Positions 42,217 to 50,398 of a stretch of 64,000 nt of DNA are shown piece by piece. Numbering within the stretch: position 1 is the first letter of the stretch; the number at the start of each line of letters is the position of its first letter. The notes beneath the pieces were generated by a model that saw only the letters and a list, made by a program, of their open reading frames with translations, was not told the origin of the DNA and made no database searches. Made by a program: the position numbers and the translations under genes. Source of the DNA: Myxococcota bacterium (GTDB lineage: Bacteria; Myxococcota_A; UBA796; CAJQPC01); the NCBI GenBank assembly GCA_036229005.1, contig JAZAMN010000052.1:320001-384000 (forward strand), written 5' to 3'.

Positions 42217-43754
42217 TGCTGCTCGCCCTCTCCTTTAGCGCCGCGCTGTTTGGCTGCGTGCGCCCGACGGCCACCCCGGCGGAGCTCCCGAGCGACCCCC
42301 GCGACATCCTGGTGCTCCACACCAACGACCAGCACGGCCACTACCTGCCCGAGCGCGCCCCCTGGATCGAGGGGGAGCCCGAGATCGGCGGCACCGTGCT
42401 CCTGGACCAGTACATCCGCGGCGCCCGGGACTCCCACGGCGCCGAGCGCACCCTGCTGCTGGATGGTGGCGACCTGCTCTCCGGCACACCCCTGACCGAC
42501 CTGGAGGTGCGCGGCTCCAAGGGCGGCGCGATGCTCGATGTGCTGGAGACCCTGGGCTACGACGCCTGGGCCATCGGCAACCACGAGATGGACAAGGGGC
42601 GGGCGAACACGGACGCGTTCGTGTCGGACTCGCAGGTGCAGGTGCTCTCGGCCAACCTGGTCAAGGAGAGCGGCGGGATGGCCTTCGGGGGGCAGCTCCC
42701 CTCCCGGATCTACGACCTGGGCGAGGTCCGCATCGGCGTGATCGGCGCCACGACTGAGGGCATGGACTACCTGGTCTCCAAGGAGGCCTTCGCGGGCCTG
42801 GATGTGCAGCCCGTGGCCGACGCCATCCGCCCCGAGGTCGAGCGCCTCAAGGGTGAGGTCGACGTCGTGGTCCTGCTCACCCACATCGGCGTGGAGGAGG
42901 ACCAGGCCATCGCGCAGGCGGTCCCCGGGATCGACCTCATCGTCGGTGGGCACAGCCACACGCACCTGTTCCCCGAGATCAAGGAGGGGGAGACCTGGAT
43001 CGTCCAGGCCGGGTCCTACGCCCGCTCGCTGGGGACCCTCCGGATCCGGGTCGGAGAGGGTGGGGGAATCGAGACATTGAACTACACCCTCGTGGATCTG
43101 CTGCCCGAGACCGCTCCTGGAGAGCCCCGTCCCGCCGTCGAGGCCATGGTCGCCGACTACGACCAGCGCATCCGCAGCTTCTATGACGTGGTCCTGGGCG
43201 AGTGCAGCGAGACCCTCACCCGCGACTACTACCGCCAGAGCCCCCTGGGGAGCTGGGCCACGGACATGCTCCGGGAGCAGCTCGGCACCGATCTGGCGCT
43301 CTACAACGGCGGCGGGCTGCGCGCGGACCTGCCGGCGGGGCCCATCAGCCGGCGCAGCCTCTACAACATCTTTCCCTTTGGGAACGAGGTGGTCACCTTC
43401 GAGATGACCGGCGTGGAGCTGCAGGCCCTGCTGCTGGCCAACGTCATGGCCGACCAGGAGGAGAGCCGCGGCGCCATGCAGATCTCCGGCGCGACCCTGG
43501 AGTGGCGCGAGGTCATGGGCGCCCCCGAGGTCGTCCGGGCCACGGTCGGCGGAGAGCCCCTGGACGCCGCCGCGACGTACACGGTCGCGACCAACTCCTA
43601 CGTGGTCGACCAGGCCGAGCGCTACCTGGCCGGGACCCAGCCCAAGAACGTCCAGAAGACCGGTCAGACGGTGTTCGAGACGGCCCAGGCCCACGTCGAG
43701 GACAACCCCCGCGTCGACCGCCCCATGGACGCCCGGAGCGTGCGGCTGCCCTGA
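42216..43754 (+). CDS. 5'-nucleotidase / bifunctional metallophosphatase lipoprotein
   Basis: LFGC; HTNDQHG, DGGDL.SG, GNHE, LTHIG, GGHSH, NGGGLR, PFGN; TGATG overlap. Confidence 0.93.
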   Translation: MLLALSFSAALFGCVRPTATPAELPSDPRDILVLHTNDQHGHYLPERAPWIEGEPEIGGTVLLDQYIRGARDSHGAERTLLLDGGDLLSGTPLTDLEVRGSKGGAMLDVLETLGYDAWAIGNHEMDKGRANTDAFVSDSQVQVLSANLVKESGGMAFGGQLPSRIYDLGEVRIGVIGATTEGMDYLVSKEAFAGLDVQPVADAIRPEVERLKGEVDVVVLLTHIGVEEDQAIAQAVPGIDLIVGGHSHTHLFPEIKEGETWIVQAGSYARSLGTLRIRVGEGGGIETLNYTLVDLLPETAPGEPRPAVEAMVADYDQRIRSFYDVVLGECSETLTRDYYRQSPLGSWATDMLREQLGTDLALYNGGGLRADLPAGPISRRSLYNIFPFGNEVVTFEMTGVELQALLLANVMADQEESRGAMQISGATLEWREVMGAPEVVRATVGGEPLDAAATYTVATNSYVVDQAERYLAGTQPKNVQKTGQTVFETAQAHVEDNPRVDRPMDARSVRLP

Positions 43755-43770
43755 GCCAAGGGGAGGGGAC

Positions 43771-44625
43771 TCAGCCCGGCTCGCAGGCCCCGATCCCGGC
43801 GTCCTGGTCATCGCAGTCCAGGCCCCAGGGGCTGAGATCCAGCCCGTCGCCGTCCTGGTCGAAGTCCGAGCCGCCGCTGCAGTCCGCGTCCAGTCCGTCG
43901 TACCAGACCTCGATGACATCGGGGTTCACGTAGTCCCGCGTGTCGTCGCAGTCCGGGCCCTCGGGCTCACGGTCGAAGCCGTCGTGGTCCCGGTCAAAGT
44001 CGCTGTCGCCGGAGCAGTCCTGATCGACCCCGTCGTACCAGGTCTCGGGCGCGCTGGGGTTGATGCGGGCGTCGGCGTCATCGCAGTCCTCAGCCAGCTC
44101 CCAGCCGTCGCCATCGCAGTCCTGCTCGTTGCTGCCATCGCAGTCCTGGTCGACGCCGTCGTAGCAGGCGTCGTCCGCGTCGGGGTGCACGCTGGGGTCC
44201 TGGTCATCGCAGTCCGGGCCACCAGCCAGAGTGCTCTCGAAGCCGTCCGCGTCGCCGTCCGGGTCGGTCTGGCCGCTGAGCGGGATGGCGAAGCCGGACT
44301 CGTTGACCTCGTCGCAGCGCAGAGTCTCCGAGCTGCCCGAGAGCCCAGCGAGCTCGGCGGTGTAGCTCACCAGGAGGACGGCCGACCCTTCAGCCTCCAG
44401 CTCCAGCAGCGGCGTGTCCACCGAGAAAGGGCTGGGCGCGGAGCAACGCAAGACGCGTGGCTCGTACCAGGTGTTGACCAGCGCCAGAGGGAGGCTGGCG
44501 CGCTGGCCGATGGGGACGCTCCCGAAGTTCAGCTCCGCCGCGTTGAGCTCCAGCTCGGGCAGCGACAGGACCACAGCCTGGTCGGCGGGGAGGCAGGCCT
44601 GGAGGCTCAGGAGGACCATCAACAT
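43771..44625 (-). CDS. Lipoprotein with Ig-like domain and MopE-type (putative metal-binding) Asp/Cys repeats
   Basis: MLMVLLSLQAC; LNFGSVPIG; three or more DCDD...P.A.E.WYDG.DQDC.G repeats. Confidence 0.8.
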   Translation of the reverse strand: MLMVLLSLQACLPADQAVVLSLPELELNAAELNFGSVPIGQRASLPLALVNTWYEPRVLRCSAPSPFSVDTPLLELEAEGSAVLLVSYTAELAGLSGSSETLRCDEVNESGFAIPLSGQTDPDGDADGFESTLAGGPDCDDQDPSVHPDADDACYDGVDQDCDGSNEQDCDGDGWELAEDCDDADARINPSAPETWYDGVDQDCSGDSDFDRDHDGFDREPEGPDCDDTRDYVNPDVIEVWYDGLDADCSGGSDFDQDGDGLDLSPWGLDCDDQDAGIGACEPG

Positions 44626-44693
44626 GCGCGGCAGAGTATCTCGGGGGGAGTGGCGTTCCCAGGGGGATGCTCGGCTCGGACTCCAGGGTAAGA

Positions 44694-44721
44694 TATTCCG
44701 ATAATGTATATTATGTCCAAT
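44694..44721 (+). other. dif: dif chromosome dimer resolution site (XerC arm, 6-bp spacer, XerD arm)
   Basis: TATTCCGATAA-TGTATA-TTATGTCCAAT versus E. coli GGTGCGCATAA-TGTATA-TTATGTTAAAT; intergenic AT-rich island in a high-GC background. Confidence 0.8.
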
Positions 44722-44784
44722 GAGTGGTCCCGAGGACCGGGCGAGAACACTCCGCTCCAGACAAGGCCCAGAACTCACGGCCGC

Positions 44785-46332
44785 TCACCCCGGCGGCAGG
44801 AGCATCAGGTTCTGGGAGTCGCTGTCCTGGACCTGCTGGCGCACCTGGAAGTTGCTCCCATCGGCCAGCGTCACGGTGAAGGTGTGGGCCCCCACCGGCA
44901 GCTCGATGCTCGCGGGAAGCGCGTCGATGGTCTGCCCGTTCACGACCACCCGGGAGGCACCCGCCGGCCCATAGAGCATGACCTTGCGCGTCGTGGCCTC
45001 CGCGTCCAGGCTCAAGTGCGTGCTGGCCTTGTCGCTGTCCAGGCTGACCATGATGGTCTGGGGCTTGTAGCCGGCGCTCTCTGCGCGGACCTTGTGCGAG
45101 CCCTGGGCCAGCTTCATGTTGACCGGCGAGATGCCCGCGAAGTCCCCGTCGATGAAGATCTGCGCGCCCATGGGCATGCTCGTCACGCTCAGGGTTCCAA
45201 CCGCTGCCGGCGCGGGTTGTGCGGGTGCCTCTCCCCACGGCGTGCCGGCCTCGGGCGCTTCGGTGGCGGCGGCGGGCTCGACGTCAGCGACGACGGGCTC
45301 TGGGGTGTTCTCCCCGGTGGGCTCACCGCTTGGCGCTGGGGCCGCTGCCAGCTCCTCGACACTGGGCTGCGCCGGGGAGGTCACCGGGGCGCTGACGGGA
45401 TCTGCGGCGGTCTTGGGAGTGCTCTCCGGCTTGACCTGGCGTGTGGGCGCTGGAGTTTCGCTCGCAGCAGGCGCGCTCGCGTCTGCGACCGCCGGCTCAC
45501 CGGACGGCGCCACGGGCTGGGGCTCCGGGTCACTCCCCATGAACTTCATGGCCCCAAGACCCAACCCAAGCAGGACCAGCGCTGCGACGCCAATGGCCAC
45601 CCAAGGGGGCCCTCCCCTGCCCTGCTCATCCTCGCGGGGCGGAGGTTCGGGGGTCGCGCCGCCGGCCCAGGCCGCGAGCTCGGGATCCTCGTCGGGCTCT
45701 GGCGCAGGCAGGGGCTCAGGGAGGCTGGCGGGAGCGGCGGGCCAGTGCTGGGGCGGCTCTTCGAGGCTCTGAGGCTCCATCGCAGGGGCCGGCTCGGGTT
45801 TGGGCTCCGGCAGCGGCTCGGGCAGAGGGGCCTGGTTCTCGATGGGCCGCGCCTGGTCCAGAGGGATGGGCCGGGTCTCGTCATCCGGCAGGCCCGAGGG
45901 GGGCTCGATCTCGCCAGCGAGCGGGGCGAGGCTGTCGGGCTCGTCCAGATCGGGGACCAGGGTCTGACGCATCGGATCTGGCGCGCTGGTGGGCCCGCTG
46001 GGAATCGCCGCTGTCTCTTCCTGCGTGTACGGCAGGTTTGCGGGCTCGGGCGCGTCCAGGTTCCCGGGCTCCGGCAGCTCCAGGCCCGCAGGCTCCGGGA
46101 GATCGGAGGCGTCCCGCAGGAAGGCCGGTTCAGGGAGCTCTGCGGCGTTCAGCGTGTCCGCATCGAGCGCCCGGCGGATCGCGGGACCGAGCGCCGGCAA
46201 GGGGCGGTCGAACTCATCCTCGACGCTCAAGGCCTCCGGCTCGACGCTGCTCTCCACAAGGACCTCGCCGTCCTTGAAGCAGAAGTCGACGCGAGCGTCG
46301 TACTTGGTTCCGCACTGGGGGCAGGTCTTCAT
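44785..46332 (-). CDS. Bitopic membrane protein: N-terminal Zn-ribbon-like motif, Pro/Glu-rich linker, TM, PEGA domain
   Basis: MKTCPQCGTKY.....FCFKDG; LPEP repeats; TM; GTLSVTSMPMGAQIFIDG. Confidence 0.8.
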   Translation of the reverse strand: MKTCPQCGTKYDARVDFCFKDGEVLVESSVEPEALSVEDEFDRPLPALGPAIRRALDADTLNAAELPEPAFLRDASDLPEPAGLELPEPGNLDAPEPANLPYTQEETAAIPSGPTSAPDPMRQTLVPDLDEPDSLAPLAGEIEPPSGLPDDETRPIPLDQARPIENQAPLPEPLPEPKPEPAPAMEPQSLEEPPQHWPAAPASLPEPLPAPEPDEDPELAAWAGGATPEPPPREDEQGRGGPPWVAIGVAALVLLGLGLGAMKFMGSDPEPQPVAPSGEPAVADASAPAASETPAPTRQVKPESTPKTAADPVSAPVTSPAQPSVEELAAAPAPSGEPTGENTPEPVVADVEPAAATEAPEAGTPWGEAPAQPAPAAVGTLSVTSMPMGAQIFIDGDFAGISPVNMKLAQGSHKVRAESAGYKPQTIMVSLDSDKASTHLSLDAEATTRKVMLYGPAGASRVVVNGQTIDALPASIELPVGAHTFTVTLADGSNFQVRQQVQDSDSQNLMLLPPG

Positions 46333-46409
46333 CTGTAGGCTTCGGTCTCCGGACCGGGATCATACTGCGCTGCCCGGGGCGAGGCACCGTAAGGTGGCTG
46401 ACGCCTGCG

Positions 46410-47150
46410 CTACATCGCGCTGGTTGACTGGCCAGACAGGGCCAGGAGGCGATCGGCAAAGCGGGGCAGCGTGTCGACGATGTCCCCGAGCACGGTCGGG
46501 ATCTCCAGCGACTCGGCCAGGTCGGTGCGCTCCAGGTTGAAGTCGATGACCATCGCGCCGGCCTCCTGGGCGATGCCGGGCAGGCTCGCTGCAGGCCACA
46601 CCTCGGCGGAGGTCCCGAGCACCAACAGGGCATCGCAGTAGCGCGCCAGCCCCTCGGCCTCGTGGATCACGCCTTCGTGCAGGGGGTCGCCAAAGAGGAT
46701 GATGTCGGGCTTGAGCCAGGCGCCGCAGTCGGGGCAGCGGGGATCGTGGGGCCAGTCGCAGTGGTAGCCGCAGCCAAGGCAGCGCAGGATGCGCCCGTTG
46801 CCGTGGTACGCGATGATCCGGTGGCTGCCGGCGCGCCGGTGCAACCCGTCGATGTTCTGGGTGATGACTCCCAGCAGGATGCGGGCCTTCTCCAGCCGCG
46901 CCAGGGCGTCATGGGCAGCGTTGGGCTCCGCGCCATCGACCACATCGTAGAGGCCGTGGAACATGTTCCAGACCTTCTCCGGGTCCTGGGCGAAGGCCGC
47001 CCGGGTCGCGTACTCGTGGGGCGGGAAGGTGGACCAGAGCCCACCGGGGCTGCGGAAATCGGGGATACCGCTGGCGACCGACATACCGGCGCCAGTCAGC
47101 ACGGCCAGCCGCTTGCCAGCCAGCCGCTCGGCAGCCTCTTCAGGCCCCAT
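46410..47150 (-). CDS. cobB: NAD-dependent protein deacylase (sirtuin)
   Basis: TGAGMSVASGIPDFRS.GGLW, TQNIDGLH, HG, CxxC/CxxC, KPDIILFG, GTS.EV.PAA. Confidence 0.9.
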   Translation of the reverse strand: MGPEEAAERLAGKRLAVLTGAGMSVASGIPDFRSPGGLWSTFPPHEYATRAAFAQDPEKVWNMFHGLYDVVDGAEPNAAHDALARLEKARILLGVITQNIDGLHRRAGSHRIIAYHGNGRILRCLGCGYHCDWPHDPRCPDCGAWLKPDIILFGDPLHEGVIHEAEGLARYCDALLVLGTSAEVWPAASLPGIAQEAGAMVIDFNLERTDLAESLEIPTVLGDIVDTLPRFADRLLALSGQSTSAM

Positions 47151-48282
47151 GGGTCTTCTTGAGCCAGCGGGCCAGGACCAGGCGCTGGATCTGGTTGGTG
47201 CCCTCGACGATCTGCATCACCTTGGCGTCTCGCATGTAGCGCTCCACGGGGTACTCCCGCGTGTACCCGTATCCCCCCAGGACCTGGACTGCGTCGGTGG
47301 CCACCTTCATGGCGGTGTCCGTGGCCTTGAGCTTGGCCATCGCGGCGACGTGGGAGAACTCCATGCCCTGGTCCTTGAGCCAGGCGGCCTTGCGGACCAG
47401 GAGTTCGGCGGACTCGATGTCGGCGGCCATGTCGGCCAGCATGAAGCCCACGCCCTGGAAGTCGATGATCGGCTGCTTGAACTGCGTGCGCTGGGTGGCG
47501 TAGTTGGCGGCGACGGCCAGCGAGGCCTTGGCCAGCCCGATGGCGGTGGACGCGATGGTGATCCGCCCGGAGTCCAGGGCGGAGAGCGCGATGCGCATGC
47601 CCATCCCTTCCTCGCCGATGAGGTTGGCTGCTGGGATGCGACAGTTCTCCAGGATGAGCTCAACGGTGGGGCTGGCACGCATCCCCATCTTCTCTTCCTT
47701 CTTCCCGAAAGAGAGCCCTGGCGCGTCACCCGGCACGATGAAGCTGCTGACGCCGCGGGAGCCGGGTCCACCGGTGCGCGCCATCACGATGTAGATGTCG
47801 GCGTAGGAGCCGTGGGTGATCCAGAACTTGGTCCCGTTGAGCACGTATTCGTCGCCATCGCGGCGGGCGGTGGTGCTCAGGGAGGCGGCGTCGCTCCCGG
47901 ACTCGGGCTCGGACAGCGCGAAGGCCCCCAGCTTCTCACCGGAGGCGAGCTCAGGAAGCCAGGCCTCCTTCTGGGCGTCGCTGCCGAAGGTGCCCAGGAT
48001 GACCTGAGGGAGGCCGTTCACGGCGACGGAGACGGCGTAGCTGCTGGAGACCCGGGCGATCTCCTCGAGCACGACCACGTACTCGCTGTAGCCCAGCCCC
48101 AGACCTCCGAAGGCCTCGGGGGTCGCGACGCCACAGAGCCCCGCTTCGCCCAGGGCGTGGAAGAGCTCCTTGCGGTAGCGCTCGGCCTCGTCGTCCTCCT
48201 TGAGGGACCCGCCCAGGATGCTCCCGGCGGCGGTTCGGGCGGCTTCACGCAGCTCAGACTGCATCTCGGTGTCGACGAACAT
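47140..48282 (-). CDS. Acyl-CoA dehydrogenase
   Basis: FALSEPESGSDA, NGTKFWIT, GRI, R.QFK.PI..FQ, GGYGY, RDAK..QIVEGTNQIQR. Confidence 0.95.
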   Translation of the reverse strand: MFVDTEMQSELREAARTAAGSILGGSLKEDDEAERYRKELFHALGEAGLCGVATPEAFGGLGLGYSEYVVVLEEIARVSSSYAVSVAVNGLPQVILGTFGSDAQKEAWLPELASGEKLGAFALSEPESGSDAASLSTTARRDGDEYVLNGTKFWITHGSYADIYIVMARTGGPGSRGVSSFIVPGDAPGLSFGKKEEKMGMRASPTVELILENCRIPAANLIGEEGMGMRIALSALDSGRITIASTAIGLAKASLAVAANYATQRTQFKQPIIDFQGVGFMLADMAADIESAELLVRKAAWLKDQGMEFSHVAAMAKLKATDTAMKVATDAVQVLGGYGYTREYPVERYMRDAKVMQIVEGTNQIQRLVLARWLKKTHGA

Positions 48283-48357
48283 GGAATCCCTCCAGACGCC
48301 ATGCTGCTAAAACCCACGCCGGTCCTTACGCCACGGTAAGTCGTTGGCTCCCCTGCC

Positions 48358-48918
48358 CTACTCCGTGGCCTGCCGCTCCAGCTCCTGCTTGATCTCGGCG
48401 ATGGCGGCCTCGAAGTCCAGATCCACGACCTGCCCGCCGGGCTCCCGCTTCTCCATCTTTGCGGCCACAGTGGTCTCGACGCCCCAGGCCTGGATCGGCA
48501 GCCACGCCGTGGCGAGCGTCCCGTTGCGCTCCACCCGGGCGGACGTGAGGTCCCCGGCCTGGATCGCCGGGCAGTACTCCCCGGGTGGCTTCTTGCCGAA
48601 CTCAGCGCGGGCCTGGGCGACCAGATCCTCTTTGCCGGCCTCCAGCAGGCCATCCAGGAGCCCCCGGCCAGCCGCGAGGGCGATGCCCGCCAGGGGGTTG
48701 TTCTTCTGGCGTTGAGAGCGCTCGCCCCAGTCCTCCAGCAGGGTGATCCGGGCGCAGCCTTCTGCGGCCGGGGGCAGGACCTCATCCAGGACGACGACCT
48801 CCTCGAAGGACGCGAGGTCTCCGTCATTGAGGGCGGTCGCCCCCTGGATCAAGGCGGGGCGCGGGCCGAACAGGCTGCAGCCGGTGAGCAGGAGAATATT
48901 CAGGATCATCATGAACAT
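48358..48918 (-). CDS. Hypothetical lipoprotein (DUF2939-like)
   Basis: ILLLTGC; AL.DGD...FE..V.L..V pattern; start among three Met. Confidence 0.55.
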   Translation of the reverse strand: MFMMILNILLLTGCSLFGPRPALIQGATALNDGDLASFEEVVVLDEVLPPAAEGCARITLLEDWGERSQRQKNNPLAGIALAAGRGLLDGLLEAGKEDLVAQARAEFGKKPPGEYCPAIQAGDLTSARVERNGTLATAWLPIQAWGVETTVAAKMEKREPGGQVVDLDFEAAIAEIKQELERQATE

Positions 48919-49044
48919 CCTACGTAGCGCCCCAGCGCTTTGTTTGTCTTGACAGGCCAAAGACACTGGATAGGCCTCATGCACCCGAGGACCTGTGTGG
49001 GACCCCGGCCACCGATTCACCACAGAAGACACACTGGAGTTCCC

Positions 49045-49518
49045 GTGAAGCGCTTCCTGATCGCCCTGACCGCTGTCGCCGCCCTGACCGGCTGCAACCT
49101 CAAGGGCTCCTCCATCCCCGGCGCCGCCATCCCCTTCGCCAAGGCGGACTACACCATCATGGGCGCCACCAACGCCGAGGAGTGTGGCACCTACATCATC
49201 GGCATCGACTGGGTGCACATCTTCAAGAACGAGGGCGCCATCGCCGCTCCCGGCACCTTCACCCTGCAGGACGCAGGTGGCGCCGTGGGTGCTGCTGCTA
49301 CCGCTGGCCGCCTGAGCCCCGAGGGCAGCCGCGCGCTGTACCACGCTCTGGAGAAGATGCCTGAGGCCACCCACCTGCTGGCCCCCAAGGTCTCCGTCGA
49401 GACCACCGGCATCCCCCTGGGCCCCAGCCCCTACGCCCCCATCCTCTTCGGCAAGCGCTGCGCTTCCGTCGAGGCTCACGGCGTCAAGATCGGCGACCGC
49501 CCCAACGCTCAGCAGTGA
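49045..49518 (+). CDS. Hypothetical lipoprotein
   Basis: GGAG RBS, GTG start, canonical MKRFLIALTAVAALTGC; strongly biased codons. Confidence 0.8.
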   Translation: MKRFLIALTAVAALTGCNLKGSSIPGAAIPFAKADYTIMGATNAEECGTYIIGIDWVHIFKNEGAIAAPGTFTLQDAGGAVGAAATAGRLSPEGSRALYHALEKMPEATHLLAPKVSVETTGIPLGPSPYAPILFGKRCASVEAHGVKIGDRPNAQQ

Positions 49519-49566
49519 GACGTCGCGCCTCTCGGGGCGCACAACGTCGACCTCAGCGTCGGAACA

Positions 49567-49605
49567 AGGGCTCTCGACCTTCGGGTCGGGGGCCCTCTGT
49601 CTTTT
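49567..49605 (+). terminator. Intrinsic terminator with UUCG tetraloop
   Basis: AGGGCTCTCGACC-TTCG-GGTCGGGGGCCCT followed by CTGTCTTTT. Confidence 0.75.
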
Positions 49606-49654
49606 GGCGGCTCCGGTGGGGTCGAGGGGCTGAGCCCCCCATGGAGCGACCGGC

Positions 49655-50398
49655 CTACTTGAAGCTCTTGACCAGCGCGTCCTGGAGCTGCTGCTCCACA
49701 GCGATCAAGGCGTCCTCGGTCTCGGCGGAGTTGGCCTGGAAGGTGTTGGTGTACAGGAAGCGAGACTGCAGATCCGCCCAGGCGACGGGCCGCTGCTGGC
49801 CCAGGTCGTAGAGCACCCAGTACACCCGCCCCCGGGCGCCGGCCTGGCAGCCCATGTGCTGGCCGTAGAACCAGCCGGCGTTGTGCGAGTAGTAGCTGAC
49901 CACGAAGGGAACCAACAGGTGGTCACCCTGGGCGCTGACGGCGGGCATCGGCGGCGGGGTCAGCTCGAAGCGGGGCAGGTTGACGTTGTCGGTGCCGTCC
50001 AGGGGGTGGCTGCCGCGCACCCGCTTGGTCTCGGGCATCTCCACGACCAGCTCGGGCAGCGGCGTCCAGGTGGCACCCCGGGCATCCAGCGCGGCCCCGA
50101 TGGCCTGCTGGGTGAAGTCCAGCGCGAGCTCGGTGTAGGGGGCCTGAGCGCCCGTCTCGATGAGCTTGGAGTGGGTCTGGATGCCGTAGTCCCCCACCTC
50201 TTCTTGCACGTAGCCGCCGGAGTGGACCAGGTTGCCCACGAACACGCCGTCGACAAAGGGGCTCTCCGAGTGGCTGGCCATCACCTGCACCGGGGCCACC
50301 AGGACCGTGCCGAGCTCCTTGGGGAGCGCGTTGCCCTGGTCCACCAGGGTGTCGGGGGGCGTCTTGTAGATGCAGGCGATGGAGAGCAGCAGGGTCAT
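49655..50398 (-). CDS. Hypothetical lipoprotein
   Basis: MTLLLSIAC; ATGA overlap with radical SAM gene. Confidence 0.75.
   Translation of the reverse strand: MTLLLSIACIYKTPPDTLVDQGNALPKELGTVLVAPVQVMASHSESPFVDGVFVGNLVHSGGYVQEEVGDYGIQTHSKLIETGAQAPYTELALDFTQQAIGAALDARGATWTPLPELVVEMPETKRVRGSHPLDGTDNVNLPRFELTPPPMPAVSAQGDHLLVPFVVSYYSHNAGWFYGQHMGCQAGARGRVYWVLYDLGQQRPVAWADLQSRFLYTNTFQANSAETEDALIAVEQQLQDALVKSFK

Noticed and set aside
44626..44784. Integrated mobile element at dif
   Set aside because: No second dif-like copy, integrase or replication gene seen; flanking genes look native
46410..47150. Sir2 as an anti-phage NADase (Thoeris/DSR type)
   Set aside because: Has the Zn-binding cysteines and motifs of a housekeeping deacylase, with no defence partner genes
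48945..48980. Sigma70 promoter (TTGACA at 48949) overlapping a TGTCTT-N9-AAGACA inverted repeat
   Set aside because: No convincing -10 at proper spacing; too short to call an operator
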